Assembly (NCBI GenBank): GCA_015056105.1
Contig: SVGX01000004.1
Coordinates: 1-49,738, forward strand
Origin: Clostridiales bacterium
GTDB lineage: Bacteria > Bacillota > Clostridia > Christensenellales > CAG-138
Length of the DNA stretch: 49,738 bases
Direction: 5' to 3'
Part shown: one piece after another, positions 9,931-18,488 of the stretch
Layout: each line of letters begins with the position of its first letter
How positions within the stretch are numbered: the first letter of the stretch is position 1
Notes under the pieces: model-generated
What the model saw: the letters and a program-made list of their open reading frames with translations, nothing else
Told to the model about the DNA's origin: nothing
Database searches by the model: none
Made by a program: the position numbers and the translations under genes

Positions 9931-11718
9931 TCAGATATCCGCAAGAAGGGCTTCAAGCTCTTCAAGGGAAGCGGCAAACACATCAAGGGCACTCCTGACG
10001 GCTTCGGGCTTTGTCAGATCCACGCCCGCCACCTTCAGCTCATCGAGGGGATACCGGCTGCCGCCGAGGGTGAGAAAACGGAGATAATCGGAAGCGTCGC
10101 CGGTTTTAAGGATGTTGTTCACGATGGCCACGGCGCTGGAGAAGCCGGTGGCGTACTGATACACATAGAAGGCGTTGTAGAAATGGGGAATGTAGGACCA
10201 CTCCACCTCGATGGGCTCGCTGGGGTTCACGCCTGCATAATAGAGGGTGACAAGATCCTTGTAGACCTTGTTGAGGGCTTCCGCGGTGAGGGGGATGCCT
10301 GCCTGTTCCATCTCGTGGGCGGTGCGCTCGAATTCGGCGAAGAGGGTCTGGCGGAATACGGTGGTGCGGAAGCCTTCCAGGAAGTGGTTGAGGATGTAGG
10401 CTTTGCGGGCCTTGTCCTGCTCCGTTTTGAGAAGGTGCATGGTCATGAGCACTTCGTTGACGGTGGAAGCCACTTCCGCCACAAGGATGTGGTAGTTGTG
10501 GTTCGGATAATCCTGCGCTTCGCTGGAAAGGTAGGAATGCATGGCATGGCCGAGCTCATGTGCCACGGTGAAGGCATCGTTCAGGGTATCGGTGTAGTTC
10601 AGAAGCACATAGGGATGCACGCCATGTACGCCGCAGGAGAAGGCGCCGGTGGTCTTGCCCTTGTTCTCGTAAACATCCATCCAGTTTTCCCGATAGGCTT
10701 TGTCGAGAAGCTTGCCGTATTCCTCGCCGAGGGGCTTAGTGGCTTCCTTCACAAGGGCTTTCGCTTCTTCAAAGGAAACGGGATAATCCACGCTCTCCAG
10801 CATGGGGACATAAAGATCGTACATATTGAGCTCATCAAGGCCAAGCACCTTTTTGCGCAGGTCAAGGTAGCGGCGCATGGTGGGGAGGCCGCTATGGATG
10901 GCTTCGATGAGGCTTGAATACACGCTGACGGGCACGTTGCTCTGGAACAGGCTGGCGGCGCAGGCGGATTCATGGCTGCGGATATTCGCATAGAAGGTAT
11001 CAAACTTTACATTGCCCGCATACATGGCGGCAAAGGTATTGTTGTAGCGCTTGAATTCGCCGAAATATTTCTCGAAGGCCTCCTTGCGCACCCGCTGATC
11101 GCGGCTTTCGCGGAACACGCTGAAATTGCCGTGGGTAAGCTGCACATCGTTTCCCGCTTCATCCTTCACGGTGGGGAAGGTCATATCCACATTGTGGAGC
11201 ATGGTGAAGCTGTTGTCCGGAGACTGGGCGGCATCGCTGAGCTGGGCAAGCAGCTGCTCGCGGGCAGCATCGAGGGTATGGGCGCGGGAACGGGTGATAT
11301 CATCCACCATATGACGATAGGTGGCAAGACCTTCCGTTTCCATGAAGGAAGCAAGGGTATCTTCCGGGATGGCTAGCACTTCGGGAACCAGCCAGGCTGT
11401 GGTGGTGTTGAAGTTTACGAGCAGGGACATGCAGCGCGCTTCCATCGCCTGGGCTTCCGGGTCACCGTTGTCGCCGGATTTATAGAGCATGGCGTAAAGA
11501 TAGGTAAGCTCCAGTTTTTCGCCGAGGGTATCGATGGCGCGAAAGGCTTTTTCCAGCTGCGCGGCGCTTTCGCCGAGGGTGCCGCGGAAATCCGCAAGGG
11601 CGGGGATGCCCGCTTCCACCTTTTTAAAGGAAGCTTCCCACGCTTCTTTGTCAGGGAAAATATGGGAAAGATCCCACATAAAGGCGGGGTTCATGTCTTT
11701 GCGCTGTTTGAGTTCCAT
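9931..11718 (-). CDS. pepF: Oligoendopeptidase F (M3B family)
   Basis: WDLSHIF, GKTTGAFS, HPYVLLNY, AHELGHAMHS, AEVAST, IPHFYNAFYVYQYATG. Confidence 0.97.
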   Translation of the reverse strand: MELKQRKDMNPAFMWDLSHIFPDKEAWEASFKKVEAGIPALADFRGTLGESAAQLEKAFRAIDTLGEKLELTYLYAMLYKSGDNGDPEAQAMEARCMSLLVNFNTTTAWLVPEVLAIPEDTLASFMETEGLATYRHMVDDITRSRAHTLDAAREQLLAQLSDAAQSPDNSFTMLHNVDMTFPTVKDEAGNDVQLTHGNFSVFRESRDQRVRKEAFEKYFGEFKRYNNTFAAMYAGNVKFDTFYANIRSHESACAASLFQSNVPVSVYSSLIEAIHSGLPTMRRYLDLRKKVLGLDELNMYDLYVPMLESVDYPVSFEEAKALVKEATKPLGEEYGKLLDKAYRENWMDVYENKGKTTGAFSCGVHGVHPYVLLNYTDTLNDAFTVAHELGHAMHSYLSSEAQDYPNHNYHILVAEVASTVNEVLMTMHLLKTEQDKARKAYILNHFLEGFRTTVFRQTLFAEFERTAHEMEQAGIPLTAEALNKVYKDLVTLYYAGVNPSEPIEVEWSYIPHFYNAFYVYQYATGFSSAVAIVNNILKTGDASDYLRFLTLGGSRYPLDELKVAGVDLTKPEAVRSALDVFAASLEELEALLADI

Positions 11719-11765
11719 AGGCTTTGAAATTTCCTCCTTATAGAAAAGATTGGATCGGATATGGA

Positions 11766-12866
11766 TCAGGCTTCGGGAGTATCATCTTCCCGGAATACGG
11801 GGGTGGGCGCTTCCGTTTCTACGTTTATCGCCACATCCATGGCTATATCGACGGAAGGATCGGCCTGAACGGGTGCGGACTGCGGCACAAAGGGCGGGAA
11901 GGAAGTGCCTTCAAGCCGGGCACGGGCATCGAAGTAAAGCACCGTGGCGATGGCGGGCTGGTACAGGGCCAGGAAGATGATCAGCCCGAGATAAAGAACG
12001 GTGACAAGGCTGATGGCAACGGCTGCCGCGGCGGCGGGCAGCAGCTCGCTGACGGCGACGACGGCGCCGAAAAGGAGTGCTGCTACGATGACGGCGCCGT
12101 TGATGATGAACATGCAGCCGACGACCCGGCCGAACCGCTTCCACACGAGCCTGATGCTGCGGCCCACGGCGGCAAAGTTTTTAAGGGGCTCATTTACCGC
12201 CACGGGGAATACGAAAAGCAGCAGGGAGCTTGCGACAACGGTGACGGCAAGCACGAGAAGATAGATAAATACAAAAGCGATAACGGCGCCGACGCCGAGG
12301 GAAGCACTTTCGCCCACAACGGCAAAAACGGAGCCGAACAGGACGAAGACCGTCATCACGCCGGTCAGAAGGCCCGTAACAAGGCTGACGGCGAAATTGA
12401 TGCCCCAGGCGGAAAGCAGATTGCAGAGGGTAGTGGTAAAAAAGCGCTTTAAGCTGTATTTGCTGCGGCGCAGCATTTGCCCGAGGGAACTTGCCCGCCC
12501 ATAAACACGGGCTGTCATTTCCCCGTAGACGGTACCCGAAACGATGGGTACGAACAGCAGCGAAAGAGCGAGGGCGGCGAGCATAACAAGGAACATGCCG
12601 CCGAGCAGGCCGGCGATAAAGGAAAGCACATCGCCGCCGGAAGCGGAGAAGGAAGAGGAGAAACCGTTGGAAGTGCCTTCAAGGGAAAACCCCGCAAGAA
12701 CGATGGCAAGGGTGCCGGGCAGCGGAAGGAGCAGCGCGAAAAGCAAGTACAGCACATGATACCCGGCAAGCGCACCGAGACGGCGGCGGACAAGCTGATT
12801 CGCGATGCCGAAGACGCCGCGCAGGGTCAGCGGGCGGATCACGATGGGGGGATAGGTTTTGAGCAT
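11766..12866 (-). CDS. Multi-pass membrane protein (glycerophosphodiester phosphodiesterase membrane-domain-like)
   Basis: About 6 TM segments, N-terminal IRPLTL and C-terminal LYFDARAR pattern; AGGAGG RBS before ATG 12866. Confidence 0.75.
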   Translation of the reverse strand: MLKTYPPIVIRPLTLRGVFGIANQLVRRRLGALAGYHVLYLLFALLLPLPGTLAIVLAGFSLEGTSNGFSSSFSASGGDVLSFIAGLLGGMFLVMLAALALSLLFVPIVSGTVYGEMTARVYGRASSLGQMLRRSKYSLKRFFTTTLCNLLSAWGINFAVSLVTGLLTGVMTVFVLFGSVFAVVGESASLGVGAVIAFVFIYLLVLAVTVVASSLLLFVFPVAVNEPLKNFAAVGRSIRLVWKRFGRVVGCMFIINGAVIVAALLFGAVVAVSELLPAAAAAVAISLVTVLYLGLIIFLALYQPAIATVLYFDARARLEGTSFPPFVPQSAPVQADPSVDIAMDVAINVETEAPTPVFREDDTPEA

Positions 12867-13029
12867 AAGCGCCACCTCCTGAAAGATAAATTGTCATTTA
12901 CAGTATACCACGAAAAAAGGAAAACACGCTACGCTTCCCGGGGAAAAACCCATGGCAAGGGGATGAAGATACTGTGGCAAACCGTGCCGTACTTTGCATG
13001 GATGCACATTTCGTGCACAAAATCCGCAC

Positions 13030-13058
13030 TTGATAGCAAACAAATGTTCTGCTAAAAT
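13030..13058 (+). promoter_or_regulatory. SigmaA promoter with a LexA-type (Cheo) box in the spacer
   Basis: TTGATA (13030-35), 17 bp, TG-n-TAAAAT (13053-58); AAAC-AAAT-GTTC at 13038-13049 matches GAAC-N4-GTTC with one mismatch. Confidence 0.75.
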
Positions 13059-13091
13059 GCAGACAGTGGATGCGTGGGCAACATGCATCCC

Positions 13092-13128
13092 GGCCGTTTA
13101 AGAAAAGCAAGCGGCTTTTTTATTTTTT
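13092..13128 (+). terminator. Terminator-like hairpin in the 5' leader of the virion operon
   Basis: GCCGTTT/AAGCGGC stem followed by TTTTTTATTTTTT; preceded by a second hairpin at 13068-13090. Confidence 0.6.
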
Positions 13129-13179
13129 GGCAGCGCCGGCCGGAACGGCGCAGCGCACGAAAGTGCGAAAGGAGGATAG

Positions 13180-13734
13180 ATGAACAAATCTGTACGAAAG
13201 CCCCTCAAGGAGGCGTTCGAGGAGAGGATGGCCCTTGAAGGCGCCGTGAAAAAGGTGCGGGAGGAGTACGAGAACAGCCCCGAATACCGCATCGGCTGTG
13301 AGCTCATTGACGGTCTGACGGAGGAGCTTGGCATTTCCGCCGAGCAGGCGGCGGAGATGCTTTCCGCCAAGGTACGCCCGAGCGGCGTGGATGTGCTTTC
13401 AAGCCGCGCGGCAGCCACCCTTGGTGAGATGGAGAAGCAGGGCGCGCTCAAGCGCCCCGCGAAAGCGTACCTTGAGGAAGCCGCTTTTGAAGCGCTGCTC
13501 AAAGAGCTGCCCGCGGCGGCAGCCATCCGTGTGTTTGATGCGGAAAACGCGCTGCAGCAGGCAGGGGCACAGGCGAACAGCGAAAGGGAGCAGGAGATCT
13601 ACGAGATGATCCGCGCCCAGCGGGCACTGCCCCGCCAGATGAAGCCCCAGGCACCCACCGCACAGAGCCCGGACTTCGGCCGCATGAGCAGCGAAGAATT
13701 CGAGCTTTTCAAGAAGCACTACTTTTCCCGCTGA
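13180..13734 (+). CDS. Putative capsid scaffolding protein
   Basis: Charged helical protein directly upstream of the capsid gene, ending in a PDFGRMSSEEF tail as seen in scaffold-position genes; function inferred from position. Confidence 0.6.
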   Translation: MNKSVRKPLKEAFEERMALEGAVKKVREEYENSPEYRIGCELIDGLTEELGISAEQAAEMLSAKVRPSGVDVLSSRAAATLGEMEKQGALKRPAKAYLEEAAFEALLKELPAAAAIRVFDAENALQQAGAQANSEREQEIYEMIRAQRALPRQMKPQAPTAQSPDFGRMSSEEFELFKKHYFSR

Positions 13735-13768
13735 CAAAAAACACTAAGAAAGGAAAGAAAAACAAACT

Positions 13769-14980
13769 ATGGCAAACAACATGACCAACACCACCAACAC
13801 CACTGTACCCGGTACCGGGCTCAATAAGACTTTTTTTGACAGGCAGCTGCTTGAAGGCGCCCGCACCCGCCTTGTGCATGCGGAATACGGCCAGAAGCGC
13901 GTGATCCCCCCGCACAACGGCAAAAGGGTGGAATTCCGCCGATGGAACCTGTTCGATATCGATGAAAACATGTGCGCCCTTTCCGAAGGCGTGACCCCCG
14001 ACGGTCAGACCCTTTCCCAGAGCATCGTGGAAGCGGAGGTAAGCCAGTACGGTGCCTTTGTGGAGGTTTCCGACCTGCTTGAACAGACCGCTTACGAGCA
14101 GGTGCTCAAGGACAGCGCGGAGCTTCTCGGCGAGCAGCTTGGCACCGTTGTGGAATGGGTGACCCGCGACGCCATGTGCTCCGGAAACAACGTGCAGCGC
14201 GCCGGCGGCAAGACCCTCCGCAGCGAGATCGAAGACAGCGACACCCTGACCGTCGATGAGATCCGCAAGGCGGTGCGCACCCTCAAGAAGGCCAAGGCGC
14301 GCCCCTTCGGCGGCAAAAACGGCAGGAAACAGCACTTTATCTGCATCTGTTCTCCCGATGCGACCTACGACCTGCAGAACGACCCCATGTGGCAGGATGT
14401 TTCCAAATATGCCGCCCATGAGCAGCTTTATACCGGTGAGATCGGTATGCTGTTCGGCGTGGTATTCGTGGAATCCACCGAAGCGAAGGTGATCCGCCAG
14501 GCGGTGCTGAGCAAGGTCGTTTCCCATGCCGGCGGCAGCGCAGTTCTGACCGTGGATGTGCTCAGCAAGGAGGGCGCGGCATTCCTCAACAAGGGCGGCG
14601 CAGTCATCAGCATCGGCGATCAGGAATATGCCGTCGCTTCCGCCGATGCGGAAAGCAAGACCATCACCCTTTCGGCGGCGCCCGGCAGCGCTTTTGCGGC
14701 GGGCACCCTTGTTTACAGCACCGAAGCGGGCAAGATGGATGAAACCACCAGGGCTGCGGCGGATGTGCACATGACCCTTGTGTTCGGCAAGGACGCTTAC
14801 GGCACCATCGACCTTTCGAGCGGCGGTGCTGTGACCACCATCATCAAGGGCCGCGGCAGCGCCGGCACCGATGATCCCCTTGACCAGCGTGCCACCGTCG
14901 GCGCGAAGGTGATGGGCTTCACCGCAGCCATCCTCAACGACCTCTGGCTGCTCCGCATCGAACACGGCGTCAGCGCCTGA
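13769..14980 (+). CDS. Major capsid protein, N4-gp56 family
   Basis: GKRVEFRR, LSEGVTPDG, QYGAFVEVSD, GEIGMLFGVVFVES and DPLDQRATVGAK motifs. Confidence 0.9.
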   Translation: MANNMTNTTNTTVPGTGLNKTFFDRQLLEGARTRLVHAEYGQKRVIPPHNGKRVEFRRWNLFDIDENMCALSEGVTPDGQTLSQSIVEAEVSQYGAFVEVSDLLEQTAYEQVLKDSAELLGEQLGTVVEWVTRDAMCSGNNVQRAGGKTLRSEIEDSDTLTVDEIRKAVRTLKKAKARPFGGKNGRKQHFICICSPDATYDLQNDPMWQDVSKYAAHEQLYTGEIGMLFGVVFVESTEAKVIRQAVLSKVVSHAGGSAVLTVDVLSKEGAAFLNKGGAVISIGDQEYAVASADAESKTITLSAAPGSAFAAGTLVYSTEAGKMDETTRAAADVHMTLVFGKDAYGTIDLSSGGAVTTIIKGRGSAGTDDPLDQRATVGAKVMGFTAAILNDLWLLRIEHGVSA

Positions 14981-14994
14981 CGGATATTTTTACG

Positions 14995-15028
14995 GGGGAA
15001 CGGCGGAAAAGCCGTTCCCTTTCCCTTT
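14995..15028 (+). terminator. Weak terminator or stem-loop after the capsid gene
   Basis: GGGAACGGC/GCCGTTCCC stem followed by an interrupted U tract. Confidence 0.65.
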
Positions 15029-15060
15029 GACCGAAAAAGATGATAAGGAGGAAATGAAAC

Positions 15061-15348
15061 ATGAAATACATGACCGACCGTGAGATCGATCAGCTCAGCG
15101 GCGAGGCGGGCGAGCGCCTTCGGAAGGAGAAGAAGGTCAGGATCCGCATTATGCCCCGTGAGGGCGGAACCAATACACCCTGGGAGGGTGGACTGAATGG
15201 CTGGTTTTTCCGCATCCCCCGCGGCATTCCCGTGGAGGTGCCGGAAAGCCTTGCAAAGCTGATCCGCGAAAACGAATGCACGGAGGCGCTTGCGAAGGAG
15301 AGGCTGCAGGAATACCGCGGCGGCCGCGGCAAGCGTCTTCGCGTATAA
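15061..15348 (+). CDS. Small phage protein of the type that follows N4-gp56 capsids
   Basis: GLNGWFFRIPRGIPVEVPESLAKLI resembles the NG..Y.I.RG..V.VP motif; AAGGAGG RBS. Confidence 0.7.
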   Translation: MKYMTDREIDQLSGEAGERLRKEKKVRIRIMPREGGTNTPWEGGLNGWFFRIPRGIPVEVPESLAKLIRENECTEALAKERLQEYRGGRGKRLRV

Positions 15349-15360
15349 GGAGGGGTTCGC

Positions 15361-15909
15361 GTGACGCTCAACGATATTATCGTTTCCGCCCTTGCACAGC
15401 TTGACCGCGGGCACGATGCGCAGACCCTTGACACCTGGCGTGACAAGTTCACCCGTTTTGCCAACGAAGCGGTGGTCGACCTCAGCGCCGCCTGGTGCCC
15501 CCGCCGCACGGAGGATTTTACCCTTTCGGGAAAGCTGCTCGACACGAGAAAGCTTCAAAGGGAATGCATCCGGGTACACGGGGTAAAGCGGCTTGGCCGC
15601 TATATGACGTTTTTTGAGACCGGCGACAGCGGCATTCTCTGCGTGCCCGGCGCAAAGGCGGACAGCGTGGTGCAGGTGAATTACCGCTTTGCGCCCCATA
15701 CCCTTTCGAGCACCAGCGATGTGCCGGAGCTGCCCGACTGGTGCCACGGGCTGATCGTCTGCTACGTGGTGGGCAGGGAGCGCGCCAGCGGCGAGGTAGG
15801 CATCCAGAGGGGCAGCAACATCTATTTTCAGATGTACGAAGCCGGAAAGGCCAGGCTGCGCCCCCACATGGGCGGTGCGGACAGCTACCGCATCCTGAAC
15901 AGGTGGTGA
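15361..15909 (+). CDS. Putative head-tail adaptor (podovirus-type)
   Basis: MTLNDII start, ANEA, and PELPDWCHGLIVCY motif; size and position fit an adaptor; AAGGAGG RBS with GTG start. Confidence 0.65.
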   Translation: MTLNDIIVSALAQLDRGHDAQTLDTWRDKFTRFANEAVVDLSAAWCPRRTEDFTLSGKLLDTRKLQRECIRVHGVKRLGRYMTFFETGDSGILCVPGAKADSVVQVNYRFAPHTLSSTSDVPELPDWCHGLIVCYVVGRERASGEVGIQRGSNIYFQMYEAGKARLRPHMGGADSYRILNRW

Positions 15910-15913
15910 TCCC

Positions 15914-17338
15914 ATGGCCCGCAGGATATACCGCATCGACGAATTTCACGGCATCGACCAATCCCGCAACGAAAACGCCATCGGTGCGGGCATGAGCCCG
16001 GATGCAGCCAATATGGATACGGAAAACGGCAGCCTGGCGGTGGCGGCGGGCTATGTCAGACACATCGATGCGCCCGTCCCCGGCGACGCGCCCCCTCACA
16101 GGCTGTTTCTTCACCGAAGAAAGGATGGGGATGTGTTCATCGCCATTGCGGGGGACACGGTCTACGCCTGCAGGGACGGCGTTTGGAAGGAGATCTATAC
16201 CTACGAAACGCCCCTTGCCGCCCACGAGTTTGATTTTGCGGAGGTGCAGATCGACAGCGTGGACCACCTTGTGATCGGCTGCGGGGAAAGGCAGCTCATC
16301 AAATACAACGGCAGCGAAGTGAGCCTTTTCGGCAGCGAAGAGGGACTTTCCAATGTGCACGTCCGCTACCTTGCCATGTACCGCAACAGGCTTTTTTCCG
16401 CGGGCGACAGCGAACACCCGAACCGGCTTTACTGGTCGCAGCTGCCCGGCAGCGGCAGAAGCATCGAAAACTGGGGCATTGTGGAGGCTTCCCCCAACGT
16501 GGAGGGCGGCCACACGGAGGTGGGAGATACGGGCGGCGACCCCATCACGGGGCTTGCGGCCCTTTCCAACCAGCTGCTGATCTTCAAACAGCACGAGATA
16601 TACCGGCTTCTTGGCGATAGACCCGGCAATTACATCGTAGAAAAGGTGGAATCCCGGGGCGAGACGCCCGCCCATACGGCGGTGGTGCCTTCCGGCGATG
16701 CCCTTTATTACATGACGAAAAGCGGCCTTTGCTGCTTTAACGGTGTGAGCGCCGCACCCATGGGTGACGCAAGGCGCATCCGCACCATCCTTTCGGATGC
16801 GGACACCTCCCGCTCGAAGGGCGCCATCTGCGCGGACAAGCTTTATTTTACCCTTCAGCAAAGCGGCGGCAGCGCGGTAGCCGTATACGACCTTGTGCGG
16901 GGCGCATACATGATGCGAAACGGCTTTACCGCCCACGATGTCTGCGCCAGGGGAGATACCCTTTACATCCTTAACGGCAAGCGGCATGTTTGCCGCTTCG
17001 GCGAGGGCCGCACCTACGACGGCATTCCCATTGCGGCCCATTGGCAGACGCCCCTTACGGATCTGCACGAGAAGGGGTGCGTCAAATGCATGCGGGAGCT
17101 TTACCTGCGCGGCAGCAGCGAATTGCCCGATTCCGTGATCCTGATGGATATGACGGTGGGCAAAAACACCGCCGCGCACCGCATCCGCGTGCCGGATACC
17201 CGGGATGAGGTGTCGGAAGTGCCCCTTGTAAACGAGGGACGCACATTCTCCATGCGCTTTTACAACGAGGCGGGCGGGCACTTTGTGATAGAGGCGGGCA
17301 TAGAGCTGATGTTCGATGAACGGAGGCGAAGCGAATAA
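15914..17338 (+). CDS. Putative tail nozzle/hub protein (P22 gp10 / T7 gp12-like beta-propeller)
   Basis: FHGID...DAANM start, YRNRLF, NRLYWS, GDPITGL...LLIFK, ALYYMTKSG propeller-type motifs; follows the adaptor. Confidence 0.7.
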   Translation: MARRIYRIDEFHGIDQSRNENAIGAGMSPDAANMDTENGSLAVAAGYVRHIDAPVPGDAPPHRLFLHRRKDGDVFIAIAGDTVYACRDGVWKEIYTYETPLAAHEFDFAEVQIDSVDHLVIGCGERQLIKYNGSEVSLFGSEEGLSNVHVRYLAMYRNRLFSAGDSEHPNRLYWSQLPGSGRSIENWGIVEASPNVEGGHTEVGDTGGDPITGLAALSNQLLIFKQHEIYRLLGDRPGNYIVEKVESRGETPAHTAVVPSGDALYYMTKSGLCCFNGVSAAPMGDARRIRTILSDADTSRSKGAICADKLYFTLQQSGGSAVAVYDLVRGAYMMRNGFTAHDVCARGDTLYILNGKRHVCRFGEGRTYDGIPIAAHWQTPLTDLHEKGCVKCMRELYLRGSSELPDSVILMDMTVGKNTAAHRIRVPDTRDEVSEVPLVNEGRTFSMRFYNEAGGHFVIEAGIELMFDERRRSE

Positions 17339-17523
17339 TGGCACTTGATATGCGCGCGCTCTATTATATTGCGCTGCCCACGGGCGCGCTCCGGGAGGAG
17401 AACAAACAGACCTATACGGAGCGGGTGAAGGCAAACGAAAACTGCATGAACCAGAATTTTACCATACTGGCGCAGAAGATCGCAGAACTGGAGGCGCGGC
17501 TTGCCGCGCTTGAAAACGAATAA
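17338..17523 (+). CDS. Small coiled-coil phage protein
   Basis: TAATG translational coupling; C-terminal heptads KIAELEARLAALE. Confidence 0.7.
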   Translation: MALDMRALYYIALPTGALREENKQTYTERVKANENCMNQNFTILAQKIAELEARLAALENE

Positions 17524-17540
17524 AGGAAGGAGAACACACT

Positions 17541-18488
17541 TTGGCAAGTTATTATGTTTTGGAGGGCTACACCACGCCCGCCGGCGTCGACAGCCGGCAA
17601 AAGGTGAAGGATTACCAGAAACAGCTTGGCGTACGGGCGGACGGCATCTGGGGACCGGAGACGCAGGCGGCATACAATGCTTCCGGCATGGGAAATACCA
17701 CGGAGCGCTGGGGTTTGCTGCACGGCAGCAGCTACGGCACCGGCGCAGCGAACACCTTCGGCGCATTTTACAACGATGCCCTTTCGATGCTCGGCACGCC
17801 GTCCATCCATGTGAACACCCCCTCAAGGGCATCCATCGAAAAGGATATTGCCGCATCATTGCGCCCGGCGACGGAGCAGGCCATTGATGCGCGAAGGGAC
17901 CAGGCGGAGACCAACATGGCAGAGCTTGATGCGGACGCCGCATCCCGCGGCATGGGCGCTTCCACCTATGTGACCAGCATGAAAGGCAGGGAACTGAGCA
18001 GGAGCGAAAGCGATGTGGCGATGATGGAATCCAACTATTCCGCCGCCCTTGCGGAACGCGTGGCAAACTATCTGCAGTACTATGCCAACCTGGAGTTTCA
18101 GGCGGCGATGCAGAATGCGCAGCTTCGCACCAACGCGCAGAATGCGGCTGCAAGCCTTGCATCGCAGTGGTACGCCGCATACCTTGCGGCAAACGCCGCG
18201 AACAGCAGCGGCGGCAGCGGAAAGAGCGGCAGCAGCGCTGCGGATAACAAAGAATACTTCAGCATGACGGCGGACGAATACGAAGCTTTTGTGCGGGGCA
18301 TGAGCAGCAGTGAGCTGCTGGAGCTCTTCAATTCGAAAGATGCTTACTGGCAGGACAGCCGCGACGAGCTTTACGATGCGCTCGGCAGCAGCCGCTACAG
18401 CGCGCTTGAAAGCAGTCTGAACCCCGTTAAGAAAAAAACGTCGGGCTTGAGCGGAAAGGAAGGCACATGGGTGAGAGAGAAGTATTAA
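17541..18488 (+). CDS. Putative internal virion/ejection protein with N-terminal peptidoglycan-binding-like motif
   Basis: VKDYQKQLGVRADGIWGPETQAAY resembles PG_binding_1; Ala/Ser/Gln-rich helical middle; TTG start after AAGGAAGGAG. Confidence 0.6.
   Translation: MASYYVLEGYTTPAGVDSRQKVKDYQKQLGVRADGIWGPETQAAYNASGMGNTTERWGLLHGSSYGTGAANTFGAFYNDALSMLGTPSIHVNTPSRASIEKDIAASLRPATEQAIDARRDQAETNMAELDADAASRGMGASTYVTSMKGRELSRSESDVAMMESNYSAALAERVANYLQYYANLEFQAAMQNAQLRTNAQNAAASLASQWYAAYLAANAANSSGGSGKSGSSAADNKEYFSMTADEYEAFVRGMSSSELLELFNSKDAYWQDSRDELYDALGSSRYSALESSLNPVKKKTSGLSGKEGTWVREKY

Noticed and set aside
12995-13025. SigG-like GCATG-N17-CAAAAT upstream of the virion operon
   Set aside because: Poor -10 match; the adjacent sigmaA promoter explains the region better
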